This document shows, one piece after another, positions 13,625 to 25,330 of a stretch of DNA of 64,000 nt (position 1 is its first letter; each line of letters starts with the position of its first letter). The notes beneath the pieces were generated by a model. That model ran no database searches, had not been told where the DNA came from, and saw only the letters and a program-made list of their open reading frames with translations. The stretch covers positions 33,862,620 through 33,926,619 of the forward strand of contig NC_081382.1 of assembly GCF_030684315.1 (NCBI RefSeq), read 5' to 3'. Source of the DNA: Stegostoma tigrinum (Eukaryota). The translations under genes and the position numbers were made by a program.

Positions 13625-13801
13625 AATAACGGGAACTACAGATGCTGGACAATCTGAGATAAAGTGTGGAGCTGGATGAACACAGCAGGCCAAGCAGCAT
13701 CTTAGGAGCACAAAAGCTGATGGGCCCAAAACGTCAGCTTTTGTGCTCCTAAGATGCTGCTTGGCCTGCTGTGTTCATCCAGCTCCACACTTTGTTATCT
13801 C
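13625..13801. mobile_element. Short fold-back PLE-derived element
   Basis: Near-perfect ~60 bp inverted arms (aaagtgtggagctgg...aaaagctga / tcagctttt...ccagctccacacttt). Exact 14-bp TSD tgtaactgtcctgg at 13611-13624 and 13802-13815. Confidence 0.85.
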
Positions 13802-14410
13802 TGTAACTGTCCTGGGACAGTTTAGTTAGTGATACAGCTTGCTCCTGAACACAATTTCTGTACAACTATCGCCAGAACTTTGTTAGTGTTCATTGTCATT
13901 GCTATATCCAACACCTTCAGCTCTTTATCAATGGAGTGAATCGAACTGAGTGAAAACCAGAGTCTGTGATACTGGCAACCTCAGGTGGATGAAAAGATAG
14001 ATCCATTCAGCACTTCTGGTTCAAAGTGGCTGTAAACTGCAACTGAGATTACGATTTGCGATGTAGTGCCATATAAAATAGGAACTAAATTCAGTGAAAC
14101 ATGCTTTCAATATATATCTATGTCGTTTGAATCTGGAATAATGCAAAATTAATCTGATCTAACGTAATTTAAGACCAGTAAAACGTGGATTCAATAGTGA
14201 TATATTTAAATCTGATATAACATGATGTTATCGTAAAAGTCTTAAAATATTCGAAACAGATTGCTGAAAAAGCTGTGTGGAGCTAGAGGAACATAGCAGG
14301 CCAGACAGCATTTATGAAGAAAAAGGGTCTCAACTTTCCTGCTCTTCTGATGCTGCCTGGCCTGCAGCGTGCCTCCAGCTCCACACTTATCTCTGACTGC
14401 AGTATCGGCA

Positions 14411-14638
14411 GTTCTTACTATCACTTGCTGGAAAAGCTGGGCGGGTCGGCTAGCATATACGGAGAGCAAGAGTTAACGGCTCGGGTCTGGTGACCCTTCC
14501 TCAGAACATGAAAATATTCGGTCAGACACCATCAGATCACTTTTCGGAAAGATGACCACTTCCCAAATTCGGCCTGAAACACGCTTGAAATCTGTCACAT
14601 TACTGTCAGTGGATTTTCCCGCTTCGCGTTGTATCCCA
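14411..14638. repeat. Left arm of a 228-bp inverted duplication (partner 17063-17290)
   Basis: The reverse complement matches 17063-17290. The ORF track shows nearly the same peptide (GIQREAGKSTDSNVTDFKRVSGRIWEVV) on opposite strands. Confidence 0.9.
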
Positions 14639-15070
14639 CAAGTCGCGGTATTAAAAAAGATTCGACACAATTTCTAGTAACAAAGTAAAAAGAGCGCGCG
14701 AGGGCAACACAGTTTTCCCAGGGGACTTGCTAAAGTTGGCGAATTCCTTTCGACGGGGTGAATGTCACTCACCGCGGCGCTGACATCGACGCTGGCCATG
14801 TTTACGTCAAATCGTTTACTACAAGGTATACTTCAAGGTATTTTCTGAAGAAGGGTCTCGACCCGAAATGTCAGCTTTCCTGCTCCTCTGATGCTGCTTG
14901 ACCTGCTGTGTTCATCCAGCTCTGCACCTTGTTATCTCTTTTACTTCAAATCGTTTCGCTTCACAGAGCCGAGGAACCGAACTGAGAAAGAAATGGCGAA
15001 AGGGATAGAGTTCGGCTGAACAGCCTCGCCTACCACAGGGAGTCACTCACTCAAACTTGCTGCCACATCA
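14440..15070 (-). promoter_or_regulatory. CpG-enriched putative PHYHD1 promoter / first-exon region
   Basis: Local excess of CpG in non-repeat sequence (gcttcgcgtt, gagcgcgcg, accgcggcgc, tttacgtca) around the ATG exon, against a CpG-depleted background. Confidence 0.6.
14773..14799 (-). CDS. PHYHD1: PHYHD1 coding exon 1 (MASVDVSAA)
   Basis: aacATGG Kozak context, 9 codons, then a consensus donor GCG|gtgagt. Phase 0 fits exon 2, the length is similar to the short human N-terminal segment, and it lies in the CpG-rich region. Protein similarity is weak, so the call rests on splice signals and context. Confidence 0.72.
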
Positions 15071-15186
15071 CGTCTTTTTGTTCCAAAAACATTTTTGTAT
15101 GCATACACAGTCTCTGAAGCAGTTCCATTCAGCACAGCAGCTAATGAAGAAACAAACATTGGAGTTTGATTCTATCCAACAAACAA

Positions 15187-16575
15187 CATTGATGACTCTA
15201 TGAGCGCCGCGTCGTGCTCCCAAGAGGACCTCGAACAGTTCATCCACTTCACCAACACCTTCCTCCCCAACCTCAAGTTCACCTGGACCATCTCCCAACA
15301 CATCCCTCACCTTCCTCGACCTCTCTGGCTCCATCTCAGGCGACCACCTAGAAACCAATGTCCATTTCAAGCCCATCGACTCCCACAGCTACCTAGAATA
15401 CACCTCCTCCCACCCACCTTCCTGCAAAAATTCCATCTCCTATTCCCAATTCCTTCACCTCTGCTGCATTTGTTCCCAAGATGAGGCATTCCACTCCCGT
15501 ACATCCCAGATGTCCTAGTTCTTCAAGGACCGCAACTTCCCTCCCGCGGTGGTCGAGAACGCCCTCAGCCGTGTCTCCCGCATTTCCCGCAACTCATCCC
15601 TCACACCCCGCCCCCACAATAATGGCCAAAAGAGAAACCCCCTAGTCCTCACATACCACCCCACCAACCTCCGGATATAACACATCATCCTCCAACACTT
15701 CCACCATCTACAATCCAACCCCACCACTAAAGACATTTTTCCATCCCCACCCTTGTCTGCCTTCTGGAGAGACCACTCTCTCCGTGACTCACTTGTCCAC
15801 TCCACACTCCTCTCCAACCCCGCTACACCCGGAACTTTCCCCTGCAACCGCAGGAAGTGCTACACTTGCCCCCACACCTCCTCCCTCACCCCCATCCCAG
15901 ACCCCAAGATGACTTTCCACATCAAGCAGATGTTCACCTGCACATCTGCCAATGTGGCATACTGCATCCACTGTACCCGTTGTAGCTTCCTCTACAGTGG
16001 GGAAACCAAGCGGAGGCTTGGGGACCGCTGTGCAGAACACCTCCGCTGGTTCGCAATAAACAACTGCAGCTCCCAGTCGCGAACCATTTTAACTCCCCCT
16101 CCCATTCCTTAGACAACATGTCCCTCATGGGCCTCCTGCAGTGCCATAATGATACCACCCGTAGGTTACAGGAACAGCAACTCATATTCTGCTTGGGAAC
16201 CCTGCAGCCCAATGGTATCAATGTGGATTTCACCAGCTTCAAAATCTCCCCCTCCCTCCACTGCATCCCAAAACCAACCCAGCTGGTCCCAGCCGGCCTA
16301 ACTTTTTCTTCCTCCCACCTCAAGCCGCACCTCCATTTCCTACCTACTAACCTCATCCCGCCCCCTTGACCTGTCCGTCCTCCCCGGACTGACCTATCCC
16401 TTCTCTACCTCCCCACCTATACTCTCCTCTCCACCTATCTTCTCCTCTATTCATCTTCGGTCCGCCTCCCCCTCTCTTCCTATTTATTTCAGAATCCTCT
16501 CCCGACCCCCCTTTTCTGATGAAGAGTCTAGGCCCGAAACGTCAGCTTTTGTGCTCCTAAAGCTCCATACTTTGT
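15187..16575 (+). mobile_element. 5'-truncated Penelope-like element (RT C-terminal half, Cys-rich linker, GIY-YIG endonuclease), frameshifted
   Basis: Begins at an IDD RT motif remnant. Contains FHPNLKFT-like FLPNLKFTW, the linker FPCNRRKCYTCPH and NVAYCIHCTRCSFLYSGETKRRLGDR (GIY-YIG). The 3' end carries a hammerhead-like motif at 16516-16543. Confidence 0.9.
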
Positions 16576-16579
16576 TAAA

Positions 16580-16860
16580 TCACAGGCATTACTTACTTGC
16601 ACAGGAATATATTTACACATATTTAAGGTGTTGGGAGAGTTTGATAACTGAATGGATCCCCATTTAACTTCAGCAGAAAGACCTTCCTTAGACGGGGGGT
16701 CTTTCCCCACTGAGCTTTGGCGGCAGCTGCCCCAAGCTTTAGTGCGTTCCTCAGTACATCACCCTGGTCCTCTGGAATGAGCCACGCTGCAGCACTCAGT
16801 CAAAGTCACGCTGAGTGAGAGGATTAACCTGCGCTTAGCTTCAACTAATGTCCTTCAAAG
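16580..16860 (-). mobile_element. Probable L1/Tx1-type LINE ORF2 C-terminal fragment
   Basis: Minus strand translates VLRNALKLGAAAAKAQWGKT, recalled as resembling the C-terminus of fish Tx1-like ORF2. Not verified. Confidence 0.45.
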
Positions 16861-17062
16861 GGATTGTATGTTTGCGTGTAAAGATAAACACTTCATAGCT
16901 GTAACGATTCAATCCCACAACAGATATTTAAACTGGTATTGTGGTTACCATATGACCCAAACAAAGGTTACACATTTAACTGAGAGAGAAAAAAATCTAA
17001 GCTGATTAGTCATTAATAAAGGTCAATCCTTTGCAAAAACTAGGCAAGAAACCTTTGAACCT

Positions 17063-17290
17063 TGGGATACAACGCGAAGCGGGGAAATCCACTGACAGTA
17101 ATGTGACAGATTTCAAGCGTGTTTCAGGCCGAATTTGGGAAGTAGTCAGCTTTCCAAAAAGTGATCTGATGCTGTCAGGCCGAATGTTTTCATGTTCTAA
17201 GGAAGGGTCACCAGACCCGAGCCATTAACTCTTTCTCTCCGTATATGCTAGCAGACCCACCCAGCTTTTCCAGCAAGCGACAGTAAGAAC
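17063..17290. repeat. Right arm of the 228-bp inverted duplication (partner 14411-14638)
   Basis: Direct comparison: tgggatacaacgcgaagc...cagtaagaac is the reverse complement of gttcttacta...gcttcgcgttgtatccca, with scattered substitutions. Confidence 0.9.
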
Positions 17291-18787
17291 CTCCAGCTTC
17301 TAACAGAATGACCATATATTTGTTGCTGCCTGAAGGTAGCACGCGAATATGAACAGTGAACAGGCCACTGCCTAAAACAGAACCTGACAGCAGTGACCTT
17401 GGAGCACTATGGCACTGGAAAACCCACCGAGCAAAACACCCAGGCACAGAGGAACTCTGCCCAGACCACAATTTAAATATAGTCTACAAAAAGAACAGTA
17501 GTAGGCCACTTCACGCCTTTGGGCTTGCTTTTCATCTGATTTCTTTCAATACCTTTGGTAAACAGTCATTTATCAATTTCAGAATTAAAATTAATATCTG
17601 ACATCAAATGCCATTTGTAGAACTCCTATCACCCTTTGCCTATAGGTAGAACCATCTCCTCACTCCACTTCTGAAGATCTGGTTCTTTTTATGGGTGTTC
17701 GAAAAGGCCCACCTCCAACAAAGGAAATGGTCTCTCAGTGTCTAATATTCATGTTTTCCTCAATATCTTGAAAAACAAACTGGCACATTAACCTTTTTCC
17801 GAGAAATACAACCCTTGCTTGGGTTATATTTCTCTGTAAATTAGCCACTGGTGTTCAGGTATCATTCTGGTAAGTCTACATTATATTCTCTCCATAGGCA
17901 ACGTCCTTTCTAAGGTGTGGTTCCCAAACTAAACCTAATACTCCACTAGGGCATTGTATATTCAGAGACGTTATCACAACACCTCTGAAGCAGAGATAAC
18001 AAGGTGTAGAGCAGGATGAACACAGCAGGCCAAGCAGCATCAGAAGAGCAGGAAGGTTGATGTTTCAGGCCTAGTCCCTTCTTTAGGATTTGAACCTGGG
18101 CCTCCTGGTTCAAAAGTAGGAACACTGCCACTGTACTACAAGACCCTTCTTTTTGTAATTTTATACTTCCCTCTAGACCACTTACAGCACAGCCTATCTT
18201 TGTGCCAATGGCAAACTTGGAAATATGGCTCTCCATCTCTTCATCAAAATCTTGAACACATACTATGAAAAGTCAACATCATCAAGCTTTTGTAGGACAT
18301 CATTAATCACAGCCTGCTAATTAAGAAGACCTGCCCTTTATCCCCATTCTCTGCATCTTGCCAATTTCCGAAGCAGGCCAATGTTTTGTTGTCAATACCA
18401 TGAGCTTTAGCTTCTAACGCACTGTCTCTTCTAAGGGGTAAAAAGATAGAAAATTCCAGAAAATGCCCAACATGCCTGCTAGCATCTGTGAAGGAAGAAA
18501 TAGAATTAGTATTTTAGGTATTCTAATATTTTCACATTCCTGTTTTAATATTTCAGGCATCCCACTCAATCTTTCATTAGAACAGAAAATCAAATGCGCC
18601 CTTGAAGTCCATACAATAACATCCATGAATTTAATCACCTATTAAAAAATGTCAATCAAGTTTATCAGGGATAACCTATCTGTTTGCAAATCTAGGTTGG
18701 CTGTCTAAAGATGAGGACAAATCACAGACTCCTGTGGCCCCCACTGGCTAAATGCTGTCAATCTGAAAAAGACACGTTTATGTATAT

Positions 18788-18991
18788 GAGAGATAGCAAG
18801 AGCTGCAGGTGCTGGAGTCAGAGACAAAACAGTGTGGAGCTGGAGGAACACAGCAGGTCAGGCAGCATCAGAAGAGCATGAAGGTTGATGTTTTGGGTCA
18901 GGAAAAAATCCCGACTCGAAGCATCTACTTTCCTGTTCCTCTGATGCTGCCTGGCTGCTGTGTTCCTCCAACTCTACGCTGTGTTACCACA
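18788..18991. mobile_element. Short fold-back PLE-derived element
   Basis: Inverted arms. 11-bp TSD tttatgtatat at 18777-18787 and 18992-19002. Confidence 0.75.
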
Positions 18992-20910
18992 TTTATGTAT
19001 ATTCTCTGTTTTCTGGTAGCCTGTCAATCTTTGCTACAAATTGTGATGTTATCTCTTACACCATGAGCTCCTAGTTTATGCAATAACTTTGTATGTGACG
19101 CCTTGTCAAAGGCCTTCTGAGAATCCAATGACAGTACATCAAAAGCTGCCTTCCACCTGCAGTACATGTTACTTAAGAATTACAATAATTAGTTAAACAC
19201 CATTTCCAAATCACAAACCAATGCTGACTCTTTTGAATTATCTTGAGATTTTTTTTCCCAAGTGCCCAGTTATAACTTCCTTAATCATTGATTCTAAAAC
19301 AATCTCCATGTCTGCCAGTTACTATACTTACTCTTTTCCGATTTAGATACCTACACCTTATGCATTTCAGGACTCATAGTTTTCTCCAACAACCTTCAAA
19401 ACATTCAAGAAATTGGCTATCTTTCTGCTTATTCCAATCTCTATAAAAATTAAAATCTGCCCTTGAAATTATTCTGCTTTGTTACAAATTTATCTAATCT
19501 CTGCATTTGGACATTCTACCACATCACTGCAATATTCAATCCTTTTCTGTTTATCAATCCTATACCATAAAGTTTTTGTTATCTGCTTTCCTCTGATCAC
19601 AGTCTCTTTTATTAAACTAATGTCGTTGTTAATCCTTAAAGCTACACCTCTCCCAGATCACTCCTATAGACCTTCAATTCATGTTCTAAACAGAGGAGTA
19701 AAGCAATACATTTATTTTTCTAATTTATTCCTATGAGCTGTAATGTGGGACAATTTATTTCTTTACTTTTCTAATTTGTTTTTTTGTTTCCTAAGGATTT
19801 GATCTTAAGTATCTGTACCTAGGTAAATTTGTACCTGAGATGGCAATGTAATAAGGTGATTGTAAATGTTTCCACTGTAACCATTTGAGTACATGTGACA
19901 ATAAAGCTAATTCAATTCAATTCATAATTTAGGGAGGTAAAGCTAAAAAAAAATCGCTGAATAATCCTGGGAAACGTGGAAAATATTTTTAGTTCAATTA
20001 ACTGTATCAGTAAGTTGTACAATTTATTGTACGCTTGCTATGACACAGTGAGGACAACAGTCCCCTAACATTTTAAACTCAGTCAAAATTTGGTTTTAGA
20101 GGAACTTCTTGAAACATGAAACCACTCTTACATCACTTGTTGCAGTTTGAATAAATTGTGACCCATTGCATTTACGTTCCCTGTGATGATTATAAATAAA
20201 GGACACATGCTATGTTAATATAGGTGCAGTCAGTCAGTGTGAACCAACAAAATCCTAAAAAGTTAATACACTTACAACAATTTTCCACCTAGTGCCTGGT
20301 TTTAAACCAGTTGGTGTCAGGTTACCAAGTAGGAGCTAGCGCAGATCAGCAAACTACAAGACTTGATTGATGGTTTATGTTGACCTCAATGTGGCAGAAT
20401 GTTATACAATTGACCACAGTTCTGCTGTGATGTGAAATTGAAAACTCAAACATACATCTTCTATTGATAATGTTGGGAAAATGCATTTGAAGATAAAGAG
20501 TGGAAACAGAATGGTGGTTGCTGTATTCATAGATGATTTCTTTTCTATCACAAGGTCAGAATGTCTGTTTCCCAACAATTAGTTCAGCTTCATTTACTAC
20601 TCCTGTAATAATTAGCTAACCCATACCAATCAACAACAGAAGTTGGATAGTAGTCAGGCTAGCGTTTGACAAATGGTACATAATGTTGATGCCACTTAGG
20701 AACCAATGTCTTTCTAACCAACAAAAATAATCTTTAACATGTAACAATATTAGGCTGAATGAGAGGTATATGTTTTATTCAAAATCTTTCTGTGATACAA
20801 AAGCTAGATTTAGTTCAAATTGGTTGATTGCTTTTTCTACATCCAGAATCTTTACTCATGAGATAACAACTTCTTTACAACTAACCTACCAACAGCTGGT
20901 GCTTCTTGTT

Positions 20911-23325
20911 CTAACTACCACCCATTTTTTCTCTTACTTCTAAAGGAAGTGACTCGATAATATGAGGCTCTATCACAAGTCCATTTAACTTCAACATTGA
21001 GCATTGTCCTATTTCCACTGGAAGCTTTTCCATGTAGTTTCCTTGAAGTTCCAGCTGAGATAGTTGGCTGAGCTTTGAGATCTTCCCACTGATGTTCGAG
21101 ATTAAGTTGTTGCTCAGTTTCAGGGTCATGAGCTTGTTACATTTGAAAAGTTGATCTGGTAAAGTTTCTATTTTATTGTATCCCAAATCCAAATTATACA
21201 GGTTTTTGAGATTTCCAACATCATTTGGAAGCACAGAAATATTATTGTTGTGTAAATCCAAGTAACGCAGTTTATCAATTGTGAAAAGGACTTTTGGTAA
21301 AACCTCAATGTGGTTGTTATTTAAGTACAGATACTCAAGCTTCTTAATTAAACTAATAGTTGTGGGAATAGTCTTGATCATATTGAACCAGAATTTCAAA
21401 CAGGATAACTTTTGCAAATATTGTAAATTGGAAACATCCTCAATTTTGGTAAGGTTGTTACCTTTAAGATCTAAGACTTGAAGATTGGTTAAAGCATAAG
21501 TGGCAGTTGGGATTTTATCCAATTCACAGTTGTGAAGTTCAATTTGGTTCAGATTGATCATTTTCTTTAAGATACTCAGACTTGAGAGCTTGGTCTTATC
21601 ATTATGAATGCACAGCTTCAGCAGGTGTAATGCAACATCGATGAGGGCGGAGGGTATTTTAGAGAGACTTGATTTTAGGTAAAGGACTCTCAGAGAGCGA
21701 AGCCCCTTCATTGGTTCCAGTTCCACAGCTTTTTTTTCAATGGCTAGCTTTCCAGTGAGATACAGCTCCTTGAGGTCAATCAGTTTGTAGATCCAATCAG
21801 GGATTTCATCACGACTCACATATTTAACTCCCACCTTCTTCAGTTGATATTTCAGCCACATCAAAGCAGATGGTGTAACTTCAGTCACACAATGTGAGAG
21901 CCAGATTTCTTCCAAATGCTCCAGCTGAGTTATTTTATTAGATATTTTAACATTACTGCAAAGTTCCAACCTTAACACCTGCAATTCCGTAACTTCATAG
22001 ACAGATTCAGGAATTCCTGATAACATAAAGAGATACAACTCATACTGGTCCTTCTTAGTTTTTGTGACATTTTGTTTCACTTTCTCCACAGTCCAATCAT
22101 TATTTAAACTTAGCAATTTTAGTTTTTGCTCACTCACTTCTGAGAGGAATACTGTGAGACGTTTGCTGTATAGTGTGTCATATTGATCAATCAAATGCAA
22201 CAAGAAAGCAAAGTCATTTGTTACATCAGGAATATCACTGAACTGGCTTTCAACTTTTTTCTCAAAGGAGTACTTTCTCAAAGGATTTCTGAAAACCCAA
22301 CATATTGTGTGGATGCAAAGAATCCAGTAAATAATCACTAAACCTAGATACAGCAGGGCCATTTTACTAATAAAACGAGCAGTACTATAGGTACAATCAA
22401 AAGCCTTATAATAAACCAACTTTAGTGCATTAGGTTCGCATAAATTATTGAAGTCAACAACATAGATATAGGCTGGAAAGTATCCAATGATAATTAAACA
22501 ATGTATTGTTTTGAACAATGTTTGTCCAGCGTATAATTTATAAATCGTGTCTTTCTCTTCAACATGAAGTCTAAATTTCCTTACTTTCTCAAACAAAGCT
22601 TTGGCTTGCTCTGCATCCTTTTTGTCCAAACTTGAGCCAGATACTGAAACATTGGAGTGAATATGTGTGGGAATTTTAGCAAGAGATGAATCTCCTTTAA
22701 CACTGATTTCATCATTGTCATTTTCACTCGTTTTTTGTGATATTTTAGCTTCTTCCTGTTCTCCAGAATCTACACAGACTGCTGTGGATAGTGCTTTGGT
22801 TGTCCAGGGTGACTGAAAACATTTTTGAAGAATGTCAAGAAATTGTTGCAATTTGGAACTTGTTTTAGGATATGTGAAGCAGAAGTTACTGCAGATAATT
22901 AAGACAACCGTATGGAATAAAATCAGATAAGAGAAGAACCGAGTAAACCAGGGGATTTGACTATAGCACATTTGATTGACATACCAGTACTGCCAAATAT
23001 ACAATTTTGTAACCCTTCCAGTTTGGACAGAAATAGATGGATTAGATTTCGTATGCATATCTGAATTGGCACTATTATCAGATGTTTTTGGAGTATCTTG
23101 CAAGGTTGAAACTATCTCATGGTGTGTGTTTTGTTTGGCTTCATCATTCTCACTGTGAGGCAAACAGAAAGTTTCATCCATATAAAGTTGAATACTACAT
23201 CCGAAGATTGCTAAAAGCAACATGATAATCGTCAGATAATCCATGAAAGTGTCCCACCAAGGTTTAAAGACCCGGTAAGCTGGTTGCTTGTCTTCCAAAA
23301 TTGAAACATCACTGAACGAAAACAT
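20911..23325 (-). CDS. LRRC8 family (VRAC subunit) paralogue 2, LRRC8D-like, single coding exon, 804 aa
   Basis: Uninterrupted ORF. The true start is probably MFSFSDVS at 23325, preceded by the acceptor gcatttatttcag|GT ATG. Contains KPWWDTFMDYL, CLP, NQMCY, SPWTTKALS, LDKKDAEQAKALFEKVRKFRLHVEE, SDIPDVTNDFAFLLHLIDQYD and a full C-terminal LRR array. AATAAA at 20774-20779 (minus). Confidence 0.93.
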   Translation of the reverse strand: MFSFSDVSILEDKQPAYRVFKPWWDTFMDYLTIIMLLLAIFGCSIQLYMDETFCLPHSENDEAKQNTHHEIVSTLQDTPKTSDNSANSDMHTKSNPSISVQTGRVTKLYIWQYWYVNQMCYSQIPWFTRFFSYLILFHTVVLIICSNFCFTYPKTSSKLQQFLDILQKCFQSPWTTKALSTAVCVDSGEQEEAKISQKTSENDNDEISVKGDSSLAKIPTHIHSNVSVSGSSLDKKDAEQAKALFEKVRKFRLHVEEKDTIYKLYAGQTLFKTIHCLIIIGYFPAYIYVVDFNNLCEPNALKLVYYKAFDCTYSTARFISKMALLYLGLVIIYWILCIHTICWVFRNPLRKYSFEKKVESQFSDIPDVTNDFAFLLHLIDQYDTLYSKRLTVFLSEVSEQKLKLLSLNNDWTVEKVKQNVTKTKKDQYELYLFMLSGIPESVYEVTELQVLRLELCSNVKISNKITQLEHLEEIWLSHCVTEVTPSALMWLKYQLKKVGVKYVSRDEIPDWIYKLIDLKELYLTGKLAIEKKAVELEPMKGLRSLRVLYLKSSLSKIPSALIDVALHLLKLCIHNDKTKLSSLSILKKMINLNQIELHNCELDKIPTATYALTNLQVLDLKGNNLTKIEDVSNLQYLQKLSCLKFWFNMIKTIPTTISLIKKLEYLYLNNNHIEVLPKVLFTIDKLRYLDLHNNNISVLPNDVGNLKNLYNLDLGYNKIETLPDQLFKCNKLMTLKLSNNLISNISGKISKLSQLSQLELQGNYMEKLPVEIGQCSMLKLNGLVIEPHIIESLPLEVREKMGGS

Positions 23326-24049
23326 ACCTGAAATAAATGCAAAAATTTCAAACAATATTTGAAACGTACATTTTGTAAACATTTAAGTGAAGGGTAGCTT
23401 TGCAATGGTATTACAAGACTGTAGCAATAAAATTATTAGTACAGGTGGGACTAGTTTAGTTTCGGATTATGGTTGGACTGAAGGGTCTGTTTCCCGGCTG
23501 TATGACTCTATGACTACAAAGCAGAGGCCCAGAGATATTAATTAAAATCCTACCACCACTAACCGGGGGAATTTAAATTAAATGTGATTAATTAATAAAT
23601 CTGAAATTAAAGAGCCAATCTTATAAAGAGGATCATGGAATTACTGAAGTTAACACTACCCCAAAGGCAAACTGAGAAACAAGGATTATAATACACCAGT
23701 AAAGTCACTGACCTGCTTTTATAAGTATTATGTCATAACTTAAATGAAATTTCCTGAGTTACTGCGTTATACTGTCTCTTGTTGCCTAACGATTAAAGTC
23801 TGAGATCAAACAAATGAATGTTAGGATTTGAGTTTAAATTGTAACCGAAAACTAAAAACTTAAAAGGTGTCCATCCCTGGTTCAATGAGAACTGTGGGAG
23901 AGAATATCAGGATCAACATTAAGCACAGCTAAAGATTAGATGCCAACCTGTGGAAGCTGCAACGTGGGACTAAGCATGCTAAACTGGAAATGCCCCAGGT
24001 GTGCCTACTAAAAGCAGAACAAATCTAATTCAATCAATTACTGCTCTAT

Positions 24050-25330
24050 CAATCTACTGTCAATCGTCAAAGAAGTGATTGAAGGGTTCATAAACCATAC
24101 TATCAAGTGGCACCTATTTTGCAATAACCTACTCATCAATGTTCAATTTACATACACCCACCTCCAGATGTCTCAGTTGACAAGCTTTATTCCAAACATG
24201 AACAAAATAACTGAATTCCAGAGGTGAGTTGAGAATGATTGCTCTTGGCATCAAAGCAACTTTTGAATGAATGTGATACCTAGAAAGACTGCTAGAAAAT
24301 TGACGGCAGTGGACATCAGGGAAATCTCTACTAGTTGGATGTATATCTAATATGAAAGAAAGTGGTTCTAATCATCGAACATTAATCATTTCAATCCCAG
24401 GACATCTCTGCAGAAGTTCTTCAGGTAGGCCCAAACATCTTCAGCTGTTCGTCAATAATGTTTTCTCTGACCTAAGGTCAAGAATGCTGGTCTTTGTGGA
24501 GAGTTGTGCAATGCTTTGAATGATTCAGAAATCTACAGATTTTGAAGCAGTCCATTAAAGTAGTCTAGCTTTAGTTGACATGTGACAAGTAAAACATTCA
24601 CCACACAAACACCAGGTAATGACTTTCTGCAGAAGAGATAATCTCACCATCTCCTCTTGACATTCGCTGGCATTAACATCGATGAATCCTCTAATATCAA
24701 CATTCCCATCTCCTGTGGTTCCGCACATTGATGACCCCATTGATCTTTAAGGGGCCCTATTCTTACCCTAGTTACTCTTTTGTCCTTAAAGTACCTGTAG
24801 AATCTCTTTGGATTCTCCTTTAACAATCTGCCAAAGCTGTATCATGACCCCTTTCTTGCCCTCCTGATTTCACCTACTGACCTTATAGTCCTCTAAGGAT
24901 TTACATGATTCCAGGTGTCTATATCTGACATATGCCTTCTTCTTTTTCTTGACCAGAGCCTCAATTTCTCTAGCCATCCTGCATTCCTACACCTACCAGC
25001 CTTGCCTCTTACACGAACAGGAACATACTGTCTCTGAATTCATATTTTTAAAGACTGCCCACTTTCCAAACATCCCTCTATCCGTGAACAGTCTCCCCCA
25101 ATCAACATTTGAAAATTCCTGTCTAAATCCATCAACGCTGGCCCTACTCCAATTTAGAACTGCAACTTTTAAATCAGATCTATCCTTTTCCATAACTATT
25201 TTGAAACAAATAGAATTATGATCACTTGGCCCAAAATGCTCCCCCACTAACATTTCAATCACTTGTCCTGCCTTGTTTCCCAAGAGAAGGTTAAATTTTG
25301 CTCCTTCTCGAGTTGGTTCATCCACATACT
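24050..25330. mobile_element. Decayed LINE fragments (+ ~24050-24695; CR1-type ORF2 - ~24700-25330)
   Basis: Minus-strand remnants EPTREGAKFNLLLGN, EHFGPSDHNSI (endonuclease) and KENPKRFYRY. Confidence 0.7.

Larger units (their letters stand above)
12165..14040 (-). mobile_element. Old LINE fragment (same family as 4790-6000) interrupted by three short PLE-derived insertions
   Basis: Collinear by eye with 4790-6000. It is interrupted at 13023-13200, 13288-13471 and 13625-13801, each flanked by a direct repeat. Confidence 0.7.

Noticed and set aside
13625-13801. miRNA precursor, terminator or CRISPR-like interpretation of the hairpins
   Set aside because: The arms are PLE terminal sequence flanked by TSDs. 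There is no repeat-spacer array and the context is eukaryotic.
14473-17228. Near-identical 65-aa ORFs on opposite strands as a small duplicated gene
   Set aside because: They are a by-product of the 228-bp inverted duplication, begin at non-ATG codons and are partly repeat-derived.
23326-23382. N-terminal extension MFTKCTFQILFEIFAFISG in the ORF track
   Set aside because: It overlaps a pyrimidine-rich tract and AG acceptor. Homology to LRRC8 begins at the next Met (23325).
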